DNA of 63,999 bases, the filler included, from Olpidium bornovanus S191 (Eukaryota; Fungi; Olpidiomycota): the NCBI GenBank assembly GCA_017911155.1. It is 32 parts of 32 records of this genome, joined end to end, with 100 filler letters (N's around TTAATTAATTAA, not from the genome) between each part and the next. Parts side by side here need not be neighbours in the genome. Positions count along the whole stretch, not along the records: positions 47,623 to 49,011 come from JAEFCI010009997.1; positions 49,112 to 51,773 come from JAEFCI010003762.1; positions 51,874 to 53,365 come from JAEFCI010013200.1; positions 53,466 to 54,594 come from JAEFCI010006779.1; positions 54,695 to 57,177 come from JAEFCI010005097.1; positions 57,278 to 58,702 come from JAEFCI010006791.1; 26 more parts are not named here. One strand, 5' to 3'. This document shows, one piece after another, positions 47,753-58,802 of the stretch; the stretch's first letter is position 1, and each line of letters begins with the position of its first letter. Made by a program: the position numbers and the translations under genes. The notes beneath the pieces were generated by a model. The model made no database searches. It saw only the letters and a program-made list of their open reading frames with translations, and was not told where the DNA came from.

Positions 47753-48588
47753 CTGCATGAACGCTCTTGGGTCGTGGGGCCTCGCGTCTCGCATTGCGCT
47801 GCGGAGGAGGGTATCCTGGACGAAAAACTCCGGCGGGATCGCCGGAAACTTCTCCCGGTATCTGAAAAGGTACCCGACGAAGAGGAAGGCGACTGCAAAC
47901 CCGTGCACTTTAAGAGTCGCCACACAGAGATCAAAAACTTTAACGTGGTAGGATGCCTTGATCGCATCGGGATCAAGGCTTTCCTCGACGCAGACGCGGT
48001 CTCGGGTGATCCGTGCTGCCGGATAACTGGAAAACGGGTGCGTAAGCGCAGAGGACAGGACCCTGCGAAGCGGGTTTGAAGCACGTACTCGTCCCATTCT
48101 ATCATCTCATCCAGGAACTAGACGAAGGCGTCAACAAGGGCCGAAATGGCCCTTGACGTGCGCTCAGCGTGGGCGCGTCTTGCGGTACTGTCGGTGCGGC
48201 AAGTGTCATGGGCATGGCGCGTCACGTGACAAAAAATTTTCGTGCGCGCACGAAAACTTTTTTGTGTCATGGGCATGGCACGATGCGTCCGCGTACCGTG
48301 ACGTCCTTACCTTTCCGTGTAGTACCATTCCAGGTCCATGACGAACGGCACCACGTGGGTATCAGTTCCCCGATCTGGTTCCACCAATTGCGCAAGTACT
48401 GCGCGACTTGCGCCGGTGTGCCGACAAGGAAGGAGCGAAATTCCCGACTGCCCCCTTCGTCCTCCTTCCGTGAAACCCTCTGCCAGACGTAAACGTCGCG
48501 TTCCGCCTCGCCCGTGACAGGTTCACGTTCGCGCCTCTGAGCCGCGTGGGCCTCACGCCAGTGCAAGTCGTCCGAACTCCTCTGCCAT
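47753..48588 (-). pseudogene. PrimPol-like archaeo-eukaryotic primase (AEP) gene, N-terminal 3 exons, disrupted
   Basis: Exon 1 to 48311 (DVYVW..RSFLVGT..; PFVMDLEWY = motif I DxE at 48328-48336). Exon 2 48187-48089 (ISALVDAFV*FLDEM). Exon 3 48026-47753 (KASYHV = motif II SxH at 47945-47953). Splice phases are consistent; exon 1 has frameshifts; TAG at 48118-48120. Confidence 0.75.
48221..48282. repeat. Palindromic element copy 2 (in AEP intron 1)
   Basis: GTCACGTGAC at 48221-48230; perfect 20-bp TTTTCGTGCGCGCACGAAAA at 48237-48256; flanked by a direct repeat of GTCATGGGCATGGC. Confidence 0.95.
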
Positions 48589-48649
48589 GTCTGAGCTGTC
48601 CTTGTTCTTCAAACCCGCAACACCCGGGCCGGGGCGGGCCGCGCCAGTG

Positions 48650-48657
48650 CTTTTATA
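48650..48657 (-). promoter_or_regulatory. TATA box (TATAAAAG) of the AEP gene
   Basis: Consensus TATAAAAG about 62 nt upstream of the ATG at 48588. Confidence 0.6.
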
Positions 48658-48671
48658 CCCCGGGGCGCGTT

Positions 48672-48722
48672 ATCCTGACAAAAGGTTTTCGTGCGCGCAC
48701 GAAAACTTTTTGTGAGGATTGC
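48672..48722. repeat. Palindromic element copy 3 (upstream of the AEP TATA box)
   Basis: Perfect 22-bp GTTTTCGTGCGCGCACGAAAAC at 48685-48706 inside a 48-bp inverted repeat with 22 of 24 pairs matching. Confidence 0.95.
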
Positions 48723-49189
48723 ATGGCACGGCGAGGTCTCATGGGAGTCCTAGAGACGTACAAGCGGAGGCAGTGTGATCGACATGTCCGTACCTTTGTC
48801 TATCCCGCGCGTCTTTTAAAAGTATTAGCATGACCTGGCTAGCGACTCAGGTATTTAAAAATGAAAACCTTATACGCGTCCATGCTCCGACATGGTGCAA
48901 CGCCATTCACGCGAGACCTACTCTGAGGCCAGGATGGCAGTAGGCGTAGAAGCTGCGGCTGTGCTTTTCTCCTTGACGTTATTATTTGCCTTGATTTTTT
49001 GTGTTAACTTANNNNNNNNNNNNNNNNNNNNNNNNNNNNNNNNNNNNNNNNNNNNTTAATTAATTAANNNNNNNNNNNNNNNNNNNNNNNNNNNNNNNNN
49101 NNNNNNNNNNNACATGCGGATCTATGCAAAGGGGGTACCGCGCTGTCGGTACGTGCTCGGTTCAACCACGTTTGCTAATCTATGGCTGC

Positions 49190-50311
49190 GTGTGGTGGGG
49201 CCCGAAGTCGAGCGAGCTTTGGAAGAGCTGTATGCTCTTGAGGCGATCGAGAGAAATGGCGGACTGTCGGCTCTCGGCCGAGTGATGGCCGAATTTCCCA
49301 TTGACCCGACATTCGGGAAAACCCTCATCAAGTCCCAGGTACGTGATGTTTGCTCGCCTCTTCTCGAGCGCCCTTGGTCACTGCTGCGGCTTTGCGCAAA
49401 TGCAGGCTGGGCAGCATGCGAGATATCCGCATTCACCGCGATCGGTTCCCATTAGGAACTCGGCTGTACCTCAGAGGTCATCGACGTGATCGCACTTCTC
49501 TCGGTCGATTCTGTGTTCTACATGCCGAACGATCGGCGCGACGAGGCGGCGGAAGCGCGCCGGAAGTTCGTGGACGCCGCCGGCGATCACCTTACCGTGC
49601 TCTCGGTCCTTCGGGCCTACCAGCAGGTCCGAGGGGAGGGGCGGTGGTGCTGCGACAACTTTGTCAACATCCGGAACATGAAGCACGCCCTGGTAGGTAA
49701 CATCCCAAAAGCGGTTTTTCGAAGCGTCGGCGAGTTTGCACGCGTTCTTTAGATATCTTGCCATGACAGTTGTTTCTGTCGCCTCCGGATTTTATAGGAT
49801 ATCCGCAAACAGCTCGCACAGCTGTGCGTCCGGCGGAAGATCGACCCGACCAGCAGCTGCGGGCATGATTCGGATCTGGTTCTCAAGGCTTTCCTCGCCG
49901 GCTTCTTCCAGCACACCGCCCTCCTACAACCAGATTCTACCTACCGTAGTGTGGTCGGCGGGCGCACGGGGAGCGTGCACCCGACGAGCGTGCTGTTCGG
50001 GAAGAAGGTGGCCGCCATCATGTATACCGAGATCGTGAGTGTCATACCGACGAGCGTTTTTCTTCTTTGCATCGCAGAGTTCCGGACCTCGGTGGAAAGG
50101 CAGAAACCGGGATGTTTTTCTGGTGGAGATATCAGTGTTGCGATATCTGTCCTGACCTCGAATTGCCCGCCCGCTTGTCCTTATCATTTTCAAAAAAAAA
50201 AAACCAACCGCGGAACAGGTGCTCACTACGAAGCAATACGTTCGAGGGGTGAGCGCGATCCAGAGCTCATGGCTGCCGGCGGCGGCGCCGAACTATTTTG
50301 GAAACGTTTGA
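49190..50311 (+). CDS. DEAH-box RNA helicase C-terminus (HA2 + OB fold; DHX33/Dhr2-like)
   Basis: ALEELYAL..LGRVMAEFPIDP..GKTLI..GDHLTVL..DIRKQL..AFLAGFF..VHPTSVLF..YTEI|VLTTKQYVRGVSAI..W; stop at 50309-50311. Confidence 0.9.
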
Positions 50312-51880
50312 TGAGGGGCGGGGACGCGCCCCGCCCGCCGGGTCCGACAGTCCGCCAGAACCCGGCTTATGTCCCTCGTCCTGGGGCAATCTGGTGGTTT
50401 TGGGGGATCTATGTGTTCGGTGCGAACACTGACGAGGCCCACACCGTGCCCGCAGCACCAGTCTCAGATATACCGCGGCCGGGTTCGCGGTGCAAGTCAG
50501 GGCCGATATAGTGCCCATGAGCAGTCGTGAAAAAAAAAAAAAAAAAAAAAGCCGGCTGGTCGAACCGCAGTCGAATACGTCCACCCCTTCCCTCCCCAAA
50601 TGAAGGGGAGTTCAGCGGATTAAAATATTTGGGATCCCCTCCCGCACACATCCACACACGCGCACGCACGCTCCTTTTACAAGTTACCGGAAGTCACAAA
50701 ATACCAATTTTGAAAATTGCAAAAGATAATCGTACCTTACGGTCGTAACGAGAGGGGGAAAGGGGGGGAAGTCCAAGGTCCGAGCGGCACACCGTCGTCT
50801 GCGGGAAGCGGTATCGTGGCGGCGACGGCAACGGCAGCGGTGGCAGGAATGGTAGTCGACGCCTCTACCTCCATCGAAGTGGCGGCCGAAACGGGAGCGG
50901 TCGAAGCAGTCGACGCCGGCTCTGCGGTAGACGTACCGCGGTTGGGCGCAGGTGTCCGGGAACCGCGGCGACGGCGGCGACGGGGCGAGAGCATTTTTTT
51001 TTTGAACGCGGCCAAGCTTGGAGATCGGTAGGAAGGACGCGATCGACAGCCTGGAGGATGGGACAAGCGTCGGGGATGGAAGCGGGAGATCTACGACGAC
51101 GAAGACAACGAGAGAGCTTGTCCTCGGATTCCCCACGTTGTTTGAGCCCGGGAGTCGACGGGGAATCGACGGCGAATGCTTTCCTGTTTCCGGACGCCGC
51201 CCGCAATTCGCTCGACAGCCTTTTTCATCGGTCTTCCCACTTCCGCTGCTCTTAAGCCCAGTGCCTGCCGGTACAACGGTGGTGCCGACGGGCGCCCTCC
51301 GTATGACCGCCAGCCCGCTGGGGATCAGGGCCGTTCGAGAAAAAGGGTCGTCGGCTGGGTTTGACCCCACAGCACTCTTCGGCGATCGTCCCCCTGACAG
51401 CCGCGCCGCGGGAACGCCGGCGTTTGACGCCGCGCCCGTGACGCAACCCGTCGCGTTCTCTTTCCGTCGCACCACGTCCGGGGAACAGATCATCGATCGT
51501 GTTTTTGTTCCACCGTTTGGGCCTCGGTTTGATCGCCGCCGCCCTTACTAACTTGCCCGTTTGCCGAGTTGGCCCCGTCGCGAGCGCCCACCGTTACTCT
51601 GAAAAAATTCCGCCGCAAGCAGAACAAAAAAACCCCCCCCCCTTCCCCCCCACCCTTGCTGGCCGGTGAAATTTCGCCGGCCAAAATCCGGCCGGCCCGG
51701 ACCCGGCGGCAGGGTTCTCTTTTTCGCGCGCGTCCGCGGTTTTCCCCTGCCCGTCTCACCTCGCGCGCTTGCCNNNNNNNNNNNNNNNNNNNNNNNNNNN
51801 NNNNNNNNNNNNNNNNNTTAATTAATTAANNNNNNNNNNNNNNNNNNNNNNNNNNNNNNNNNNNNNNNNNNNNGAAAAAC

Positions 51881-51890
51881 CCGGCGACCC

Positions 51891-51921
<31 letters not shown>

Positions 51922-52057
51922 AAACTCGGTGTCGCCGTTAACTTCCGTCTCCGGACTCAGATTTTTTCTGACGTCCCCCCGGCGACGCAAAGAAAAAGTC
52001 TCGGTGTCGCCGATAACTGTCGTCTCCGGACTCTGACTTTTCTCTGACTGTCCCCCC
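51881..52057 (+). repeat. Two-copy tandem repeat, about 75-bp period
   Basis: CTCGGTGTCGCCG(T/A)TAACT..CGTCTCCGGACTC..CTGAC..TCCCCCC at 51925 and 52000, each preceded by CCGGCGAC. Confidence 0.85.
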
Positions 52058-53569
52058 AAAACGGCAGCCCCCTTGAAACACAGGCATTCCCCGAAGTGCG
52101 CACATAAGTTGTTTTTGCAAACGGCGGTCAAAGTTTGCGGTGTCGGCTTCAAAACGTTCGGTCCCTCAGCCTGGACGAGTTCCGTTCGCCAGCCGCTTTC
52201 CGCAGCGGGCCGTCGTGTTTCCTCAAGACAAAAAAAAGCGGGCTGGAGATCGGTGAAAGTCGACCCCGCTGCGCGGGTTTTCAGCGCCTGCCGTTCGGAG
52301 CTTGCCGCTCACCTCTCGCGCGTCCTGCGGTCGCCGAAGCCGGCACGCTTGCGCGGGCGCCTCGCTGTGCCGGAAAAGGCCGTGTGTTTTCCCGGCCACC
52401 TTCTCCACAACCGGCGCGCCCGCGCGGAGGCCGCGGCCCTTCGCTGCGCGCTCTCCCTCTCCTCCACTCCGTTGGCGGGCTCGCGCCGAGTGCCCCGGGG
52501 GCGACGGAAGCAGGCGGCAACCGCAGAAGCGCGCCCCCCGGACCCCGGCAGAAGAAAGCGCAGGCGGAGGAACGAAGCGAAGGGCGCCAGCAGCGTCGGT
52601 CCTTCTGCGGCCCCGTAACTCGGTCCGAAGCGGGGGTGAGGAGGAGGGGCACACGTGCGGGACAGGGAAAAGGGGAAACGAAAGCGGGGGCCCGCGGCGG
52701 CCGGAGGGCTCAAGGGCGCCGCAGGCGACAAGCGGTAGTGCCCCGAGCTGCTTCCGCAGCTCCCGGCGCGGGCCGTGCGTCGCCCAAGTTGTTTCTGCGT
52801 GCGGGTGTGAGGTTTTCTGCGTGCGTGCGTGTGCGCGGGGTCGCTCCGGGCGGAACGGGCGCTGCGCCGGAAATGCGCGGCCGGCACCGCACCACCCGAG
52901 CCCCCGCGCCCGGCTCCTCCGCACGCGGGCGCTGCTCGGCTCAGAGGAGAGCGGCCAGCACGGTTGTTCCCCGCGCCGCAGAGCACGCGCCCAGCGCCCG
53001 ACTGTACCCCGCTCCGCCGCCGCCGGAAGTGGAAAAAGCCATGCCGTTTCGTGCAATGTCGTGCTTCAAAATCATCACGGACGAAGCAGGCGCCATGGAT
53101 GCCGCTGGTGTAATAACAACTCACAAAAAAAGACGCCTTGGTCAGATAACCCGCAGGCAGCGCAAATTCCGTCCCTTCCCAGCCGAACACAGTCCCGCCG
53201 ACCTTCGCTCGGCGTTAAAAGAAAGCAGCCAGTCGCTTCCTCCGAAGATTTCAACCGGTATCAGGCCAAACCGATATGGTCCAATTCCAGCCTTCGCGCG
53301 ACGGAGAAATTTGACGATAGATCGATTTGAACGAGATGCTGCTTACTGCAATTCGCACGTTGCGCNNNNNNNNNNNNNNNNNNNNNNNNNNNNNNNNNNN
53401 NNNNNNNNNTTAATTAATTAANNNNNNNNNNNNNNNNNNNNNNNNNNNNNNNNNNNNNNNNNNNNAAAAGGGGGGGGGGGGGGGGGGGGGTGATCCCGAA
53501 GTTGGTCGAAAATGCAGCAAGGCGTCCAACTCGGCGCGTCGGGCAAAAGGAAAAGTACACCCCTCACCA

Positions 53570-54464
53570 GGAAATTCAGGTACAGGAATTTCGTTTGGTC
53601 GTCTGGGTACGCGCCAGAGTTTACGAGAGGGTCAGGCAAACAGCTTCCGCAGAACAAAAAGCGGCAAAGTAAAAACGGACCCCCGCTCGGGGAACCCGGA
53701 TTTTAACTTGCTCGCGCACCTTTCGGAAAGTATGCGTTGATCCCGCGCGCGAGCTTGTGAGCGTCGAGCCGCTGACGGATTCTGGGAGTCGCGCGCAGCG
53801 CTCTCACGGAGAAACGAGGTTCGAAATTGAGCACGGCCTTGTCAAAGAGCAGTAGATTCTGGCGAAGGTCTTGGAAAAATAGGTAAGGGAAGAAAGTGCG
53901 AAAGAGGAAAGTCAGCCGAAGGCTCCCCATGCCGGGACGAACCGCTACCTTTGCAGAAATCTTGCCCGCCGGCGGGGAGGAATGGGGGGGAAGTGGGGAA
54001 AGAAGGAAAAGGCGGAAAGGCGGGAGTTCGTTCAAGAAAAACTGAATCTGTCCAGGGGCAGCGCCAGGCGTCGCGGCGATCAAGCCGGGCGAAGCCATCG
54101 GCGCTTTCCGAGTCTCGAGTAAACTCAATTAGTCGCGGCCACCGCGGCATCTCTCTCTCTCTCTCTCTCTGCCTCTCTCTCCTTCCTCCCTTCCCCCTTT
54201 CCCTGCTCCCACCTTCCCTCGCCCACCCCTCCCGCCGCCGCCTGCCTCCGTGTTCTCACCCGCGAGGAACAGGGCTTCCTCCTCCGGCAGGCCCTCCTCT
54301 TCGAGGGTGAGGTCAGCCGTCCTGGACACGACGGACGCGTCGAACATCTCCTGGTCGCCGTCGTAGCCGGCCTCGTCCTTCGCATCAGGGTTCTTCTTCT
54401 TCGGAAGCGACACCCTGCGCTGGAACGGGCGGGGCTCGTCCACGGGTTTCTTGTCCGCCGGCAT
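53570..54464 (-). CDS. RPN3: 26S proteasome lid subunit Rpn3/PSMD3, N-terminal part
   Basis: Exon 1 MPADKK..ALFLAD| joins LRQNLLLFDKAVLNFEPRFSVRALRATPRIRQRL, matching PSMD3 ([20 protein letters not shown]). Confidence 0.8.
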
Positions 54465-54468
54465 TTTT

Positions 54469-54508
<40 letters not shown>

Positions 54509-54694
54509 CCCGCCCGGGGGGGGGGGGGGGGGGGCCCCCTTTTTTTTTTTTTTTTCCCCCCCCCCCGCCCCCCCCCGGGCCCCCCCCCCCCTCCNNNNNN
54601 NNNNNNNNNNNNNNNNNNNNNNNNNNNNNNNNNNNNNNTTAATTAATTAANNNNNNNNNNNNNNNNNNNNNNNNNNNNNNNNNNNNNNNNNNNN

Positions 54695-55000
54695 CATGGG
54701 GTTGGACTGCAGATGCCGGAGCGCTCTTTTGGACGCTGTCAGGCGCGCATTCGTGGAATTGGCGCTGAGCTGCGCGAGACGAATGACGGCGAAGCTGACA
54801 TCAGGCCCGGTACAGCCGGCGATGTATTGTCAGGTGCCGATAAGTTCCTGATATGTCAAAGGGCCGCCCTCTCCGTCCGTCGCCGGGTCTCGGTTTCGGA
54901 ACTGTGCGCCTGGATCCATCGGCGTATGGACGGGGTTTAAGTTGCCAAAACGGTTGATTGCCGAATTGATGTGATGTTGTTCGCCGGTTGTGATACAGCG
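54695..55000 (-). mobile_element. Ty1/copia reverse transcriptase relic
   Basis: HHINSAINRFG..VHTPMDP..YQELIGT*QYIAGCTGPDVSFAV..L..SKRALRHL; in-frame TGA at 54830-54832. Confidence 0.88.
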
Positions 55001-57801
55001 TTCCGTGCGCCGGACCCGGTTGCGGAAGTAGAAAGGGCTGAACGTGTGACCAGACAACGCCTTTGAATTTATCTGGGTGCGCCTCCCTCTGCCCTTTGAC
55101 GGCTTTGGGATCGGAACTGGTGATTTTTACGCCATGGCACACTCGATAGATGAGAACGATATAGCTCTTTTAGAGTAGTTCGACTCGGTCGCTCCCCGGC
55201 AGCCGACCGCGTTTTAAATTTCGAATCGGGCACCAAATTTGAGTCTCGACGCTAGGTTCTAGGGACCACGCACTTACATCTGGTCACAATTATCGTCATG
55301 GTTCGTGGCGCAAAAACGCCGTTCAGGACATGGGTGTAGGTCCCCCATCCAAATGGTCTCTGCTGCTTCTGCGAAGACTTTCGAGATTTCCTACGCCATT
55401 TATTTTTGTCAAAATGACAGTTCTCCGATTGATCTCTGCGCCGTTCGAGCGTGTCACGCTATTTAAGCCGCGGATCTGTTATGCAGCACAGCTTCGAATC
55501 TTTACCCCCGACGCCGGGCATTTCTCACAATACGCGAAAAAGCAAAAGAGCGTCCGGAGTTGGGAGGCAAGATCGGCAGATCCCAGCCGCTCGCGGCGGA
55601 ATCTCGTCGGAATTGACAGGTCGCAGGGGACGCGTTTCAGACCAGGGGAATCAATAAAACGGCGTGGTGCTCTTTCCTCAGGAAATTCCACTGCGCAAAC
55701 GACAGACAATGCCGGCGTATGCCCCGGCACAGCAACTCCACCACCACCACCACTCCCTACCCCCCCCCCAACCGAGCGTTGAGTCCGCCCCCCCCCCCCC
55801 CCCCCTCTTTTCACCGGTTTTGCCTGGACAACACAGGGTGAAATTCTATTTTCTTGGACAAAGGAAGAAGAAACCGCAAAACGAAATCCCATAAGGGATT
55901 CCGGAGTAAACTACGACCGTTTCTTCCCTCCCCACGCGCAGAGTTTTGAGGCGCGATCGTCCTGATCGCACCTGGCTTGCTTTTCACAAAACGCTTTCGG
56001 CAGAGCCAAACCACGCGCCGCCCGTTAGAAGCGCGCGGTATCGGCAGACGTATACGCGCCGCAGAGTTGACAAAGGGTTTTTTTATAGTTCTTGCCAGCG
56101 TTCCTTGGTCTCGCGCAATTGCACAATTTGACCCCTTGGCGGTTTTGTTTTCCATTTTTCACCCCCGGCAACAGAGCAACCGCCGGGCAGGTGCTCCCGG
56201 AATGGTGCCGGGACAAGTGCCGGTGTAATGCCGGCAGTGAGGACAAGCGCGTTTGCACCATTGGCAATAAAGCCCCGCTTAACACAAGCTTCAAAGCAAA
56301 AAGCCTAGAGACCTTCGGTTTGCTACAGGCAAACGCGAGGTCATCTGCAAAGCACGTCTGGACCGAAAAATTTCGGGCGGAGAAAAGCAGGTCTTCTTTT
56401 CCGGGCAGTGACCGATCCCGCGAAGACTTCTCAGCCGTGGAAAGGTTGGTTTTTTATGGTTTTCAAGTGGGTGCTGTGGTTTCCTTCTTTTTTTTTTCTT
56501 GCTGCGGTCCGCGCCGCGCCTTTTCCGAAGAAGCCCGAAGACTGCTGTTCCGGAAAAAATCTGCCTGTGTCTCGGCGTTTTGCTGGCGGGGGAAAGCTGC
56601 GGAAGGTGGTGCGGAGAGGGGTGTTGCGTCGAACGTGAGCCATTTCTTCTCTGATTTTTTCCTCTTATCAGTTTTTTTAACATTTTTTGGTTTGCGGTTT
56701 CTATTTATATTTAGTCATTTGGGAGCGTTTTCCTCCGCGGCGTCTTTTTTGGCTGCTCTCCTCCACCTTCGTTTTTTTTTTGTTTTCGCGTGACGTCATC
56801 TACGGAGAACCTTGGTTTCCCCGCCCGCACGTCGTTCCGGGGCCGGGCAAGCGGGCGCGGGGAGGGGGCCAGAGAGGGCCGCGGCCGGGCAGCAAGCGGT
56901 CTTTCGCCGGCTTTCTCGGGCCCTCATTATCCCGCGACCGGCCCGCCCGCTGCGGACCTGACCGAAGGGCAGTTTTCCCTTGAGGCGGGGGGAGAGAGAG
57001 AGAAGGAGGCGGGACAGTGAGAGGGAGAGATGGGGGGAAGAGCAGAGAGAGCCAAAAAGAAAAAAAAAAAGAAAAAAGCGCCACGCGGGTGCAGGGGGAG
57101 AAAGGCGGGCGGGCGGGCGGGCGGGGGTGACTTTGCCGGCGGGGAAGCCCAGCTGGGGAAGAAGACAGCTGCTCTTCNNNNNNNNNNNNNNNNNNNNNNN
57201 NNNNNNNNNNNNNNNNNNNNNTTAATTAATTAANNNNNNNNNNNNNNNNNNNNNNNNNNNNNNNNNNNNNNNNNNNNCATGGGCGTTTCATTGCAAAAGA
57301 TGAATATACTGTTGGAAGTGCTCAAAAAACGTCAATATGCTTCTAAGAATTGGATCAGCCGTTTCCGGGTGCCGGAAACACAAATGACATATGGACAAAA
57401 CCGTTGCTCCCCATTTCACACCTGTTGCTTGTCATATATGACATTGTATCGGTACATAACAAATTGCATTGAACCACTTCCAGATATCTGGTTTGGTAAA
57501 GAATTCGGACAAATCAATTAGATCACCAGATGAAACGGAGTTATCACGATTGAGTCGTCAAATCGCCGCTGTTTCGTTCGTGGGCGGCAGACGGGCAGGA
57601 GTTCTTGTAGTGTTTCCGGACGGGCCGCAGGAATCGACTGTGACGCCGCTCGCGGGCGCGGTTGAGGCGTGCGGTCCTCCTGGCTTGTGGACTCGCGGGA
57701 GAGGGGGGGCGGTGCGTTTCGGGCTAACGGCGCGGCCCGAGCATTTTTCTCCGAGGCCTCGCCTCTTCGCCTCTCGCGCGAGCAGGGCGGAACGCGGCGA
57801 C

Positions 57802-58702
57802 ATGTTTGCGACGAACCACCTCGTGCGCGTGCGCCCGCTCTTCGCGCCACAGGAGCACGGGGACGACGATGACGAGGGCTCCGGGGAGAAAGTGGGAGAA
57901 ACGGAGGCCCCAGAGAAGGAATTTCCCGGCGGCGGCAGACGGGGCCAGTTTGCAGGAGACCGCGATGACCGAACCAGGCGGGCCAGATCACAAACGCGGC
58001 CGGTCCCATACCAGCTCGCCGTGTCCAGCTTCGTGCCAAGACAGCGGCGGCCGCAGCGAGCGGGGTCGTCAACTCTCGGCGTCGCCAACTGTTCTTCGGC
58101 GGCGTCTGACGTTGGCGGGGCGAAACTGAACAAGACGGTCGCCATCGTCGGTACCACTGCGCCACCGCTCTCACATATCATCGGTAAATTCCAGGAGTTG
58201 AAAGTGAGTTATGCCCGCCGGCTTGCTCGAGACACGCGGACGACGCACTGGCGAATGTGATCGCGTGCTGCGCGCTGCAGTAACGGCGCGTCAAAACGCG
58301 GTCCCCCGCGTGATTACCTCCTTAACACTCGTTTGTACTTGGCCATCGATGCTCGGCTTCCGTGTTAGGGATTGAGCCACCCCAACATCTGCGAGTACGT
58401 TGAGATCGTGAAAGGAAAGCATGGTAAGCATGTTCGCTTCGTGGAACTAATCAATATGCTTCGTTGCAGCCGCTGAAGGCGGCCGGGTGCACCTCGATGA
58501 ACGCCTCCTAGATCGGGTAATCCTAATTGCCGAGCACTACAAAACGTCCCTGTTGGACGTTATGCAGAAGCGTGGCAGTGCGGTGGGCCCCGAAAGGTCC
58601 GTCGATACGTCGAATGCTTTTGCGTATACCGGAAACTTTATTGCTGCTCGTCAACTCACGTTACGCGATGACCGTTCAGACTGTGCGATATCAGAAAACA
58701 TG
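57802..58702 (+). CDS. TBCK: TBC-domain-containing kinase-like protein, N-terminal pseudokinase part
   Basis: HIIGKFQELK|GLSHPNICEYVEIVKGKH|DRVILIAEHYKTSL aligns with human TBCK [42 protein letters not shown] (recalled from memory). Confidence 0.85.
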
Positions 58703-58802
58703 NNNNNNNNNNNNNNNNNNNNNNNNNNNNNNNNNNNNNNNNNNNNTTAATTAATTAANNNNNNNNNNNNNNNNNNNNNNNNNNNNNNNNNNNNNNNNNN
58801 NN

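Noticed and set aside
47680-48722. Palindromic repeats as a CRISPR array
   Set aside because: Spacing is about 500 bp, the spacers are exons, the context is eukaryotic and there are no cas genes.
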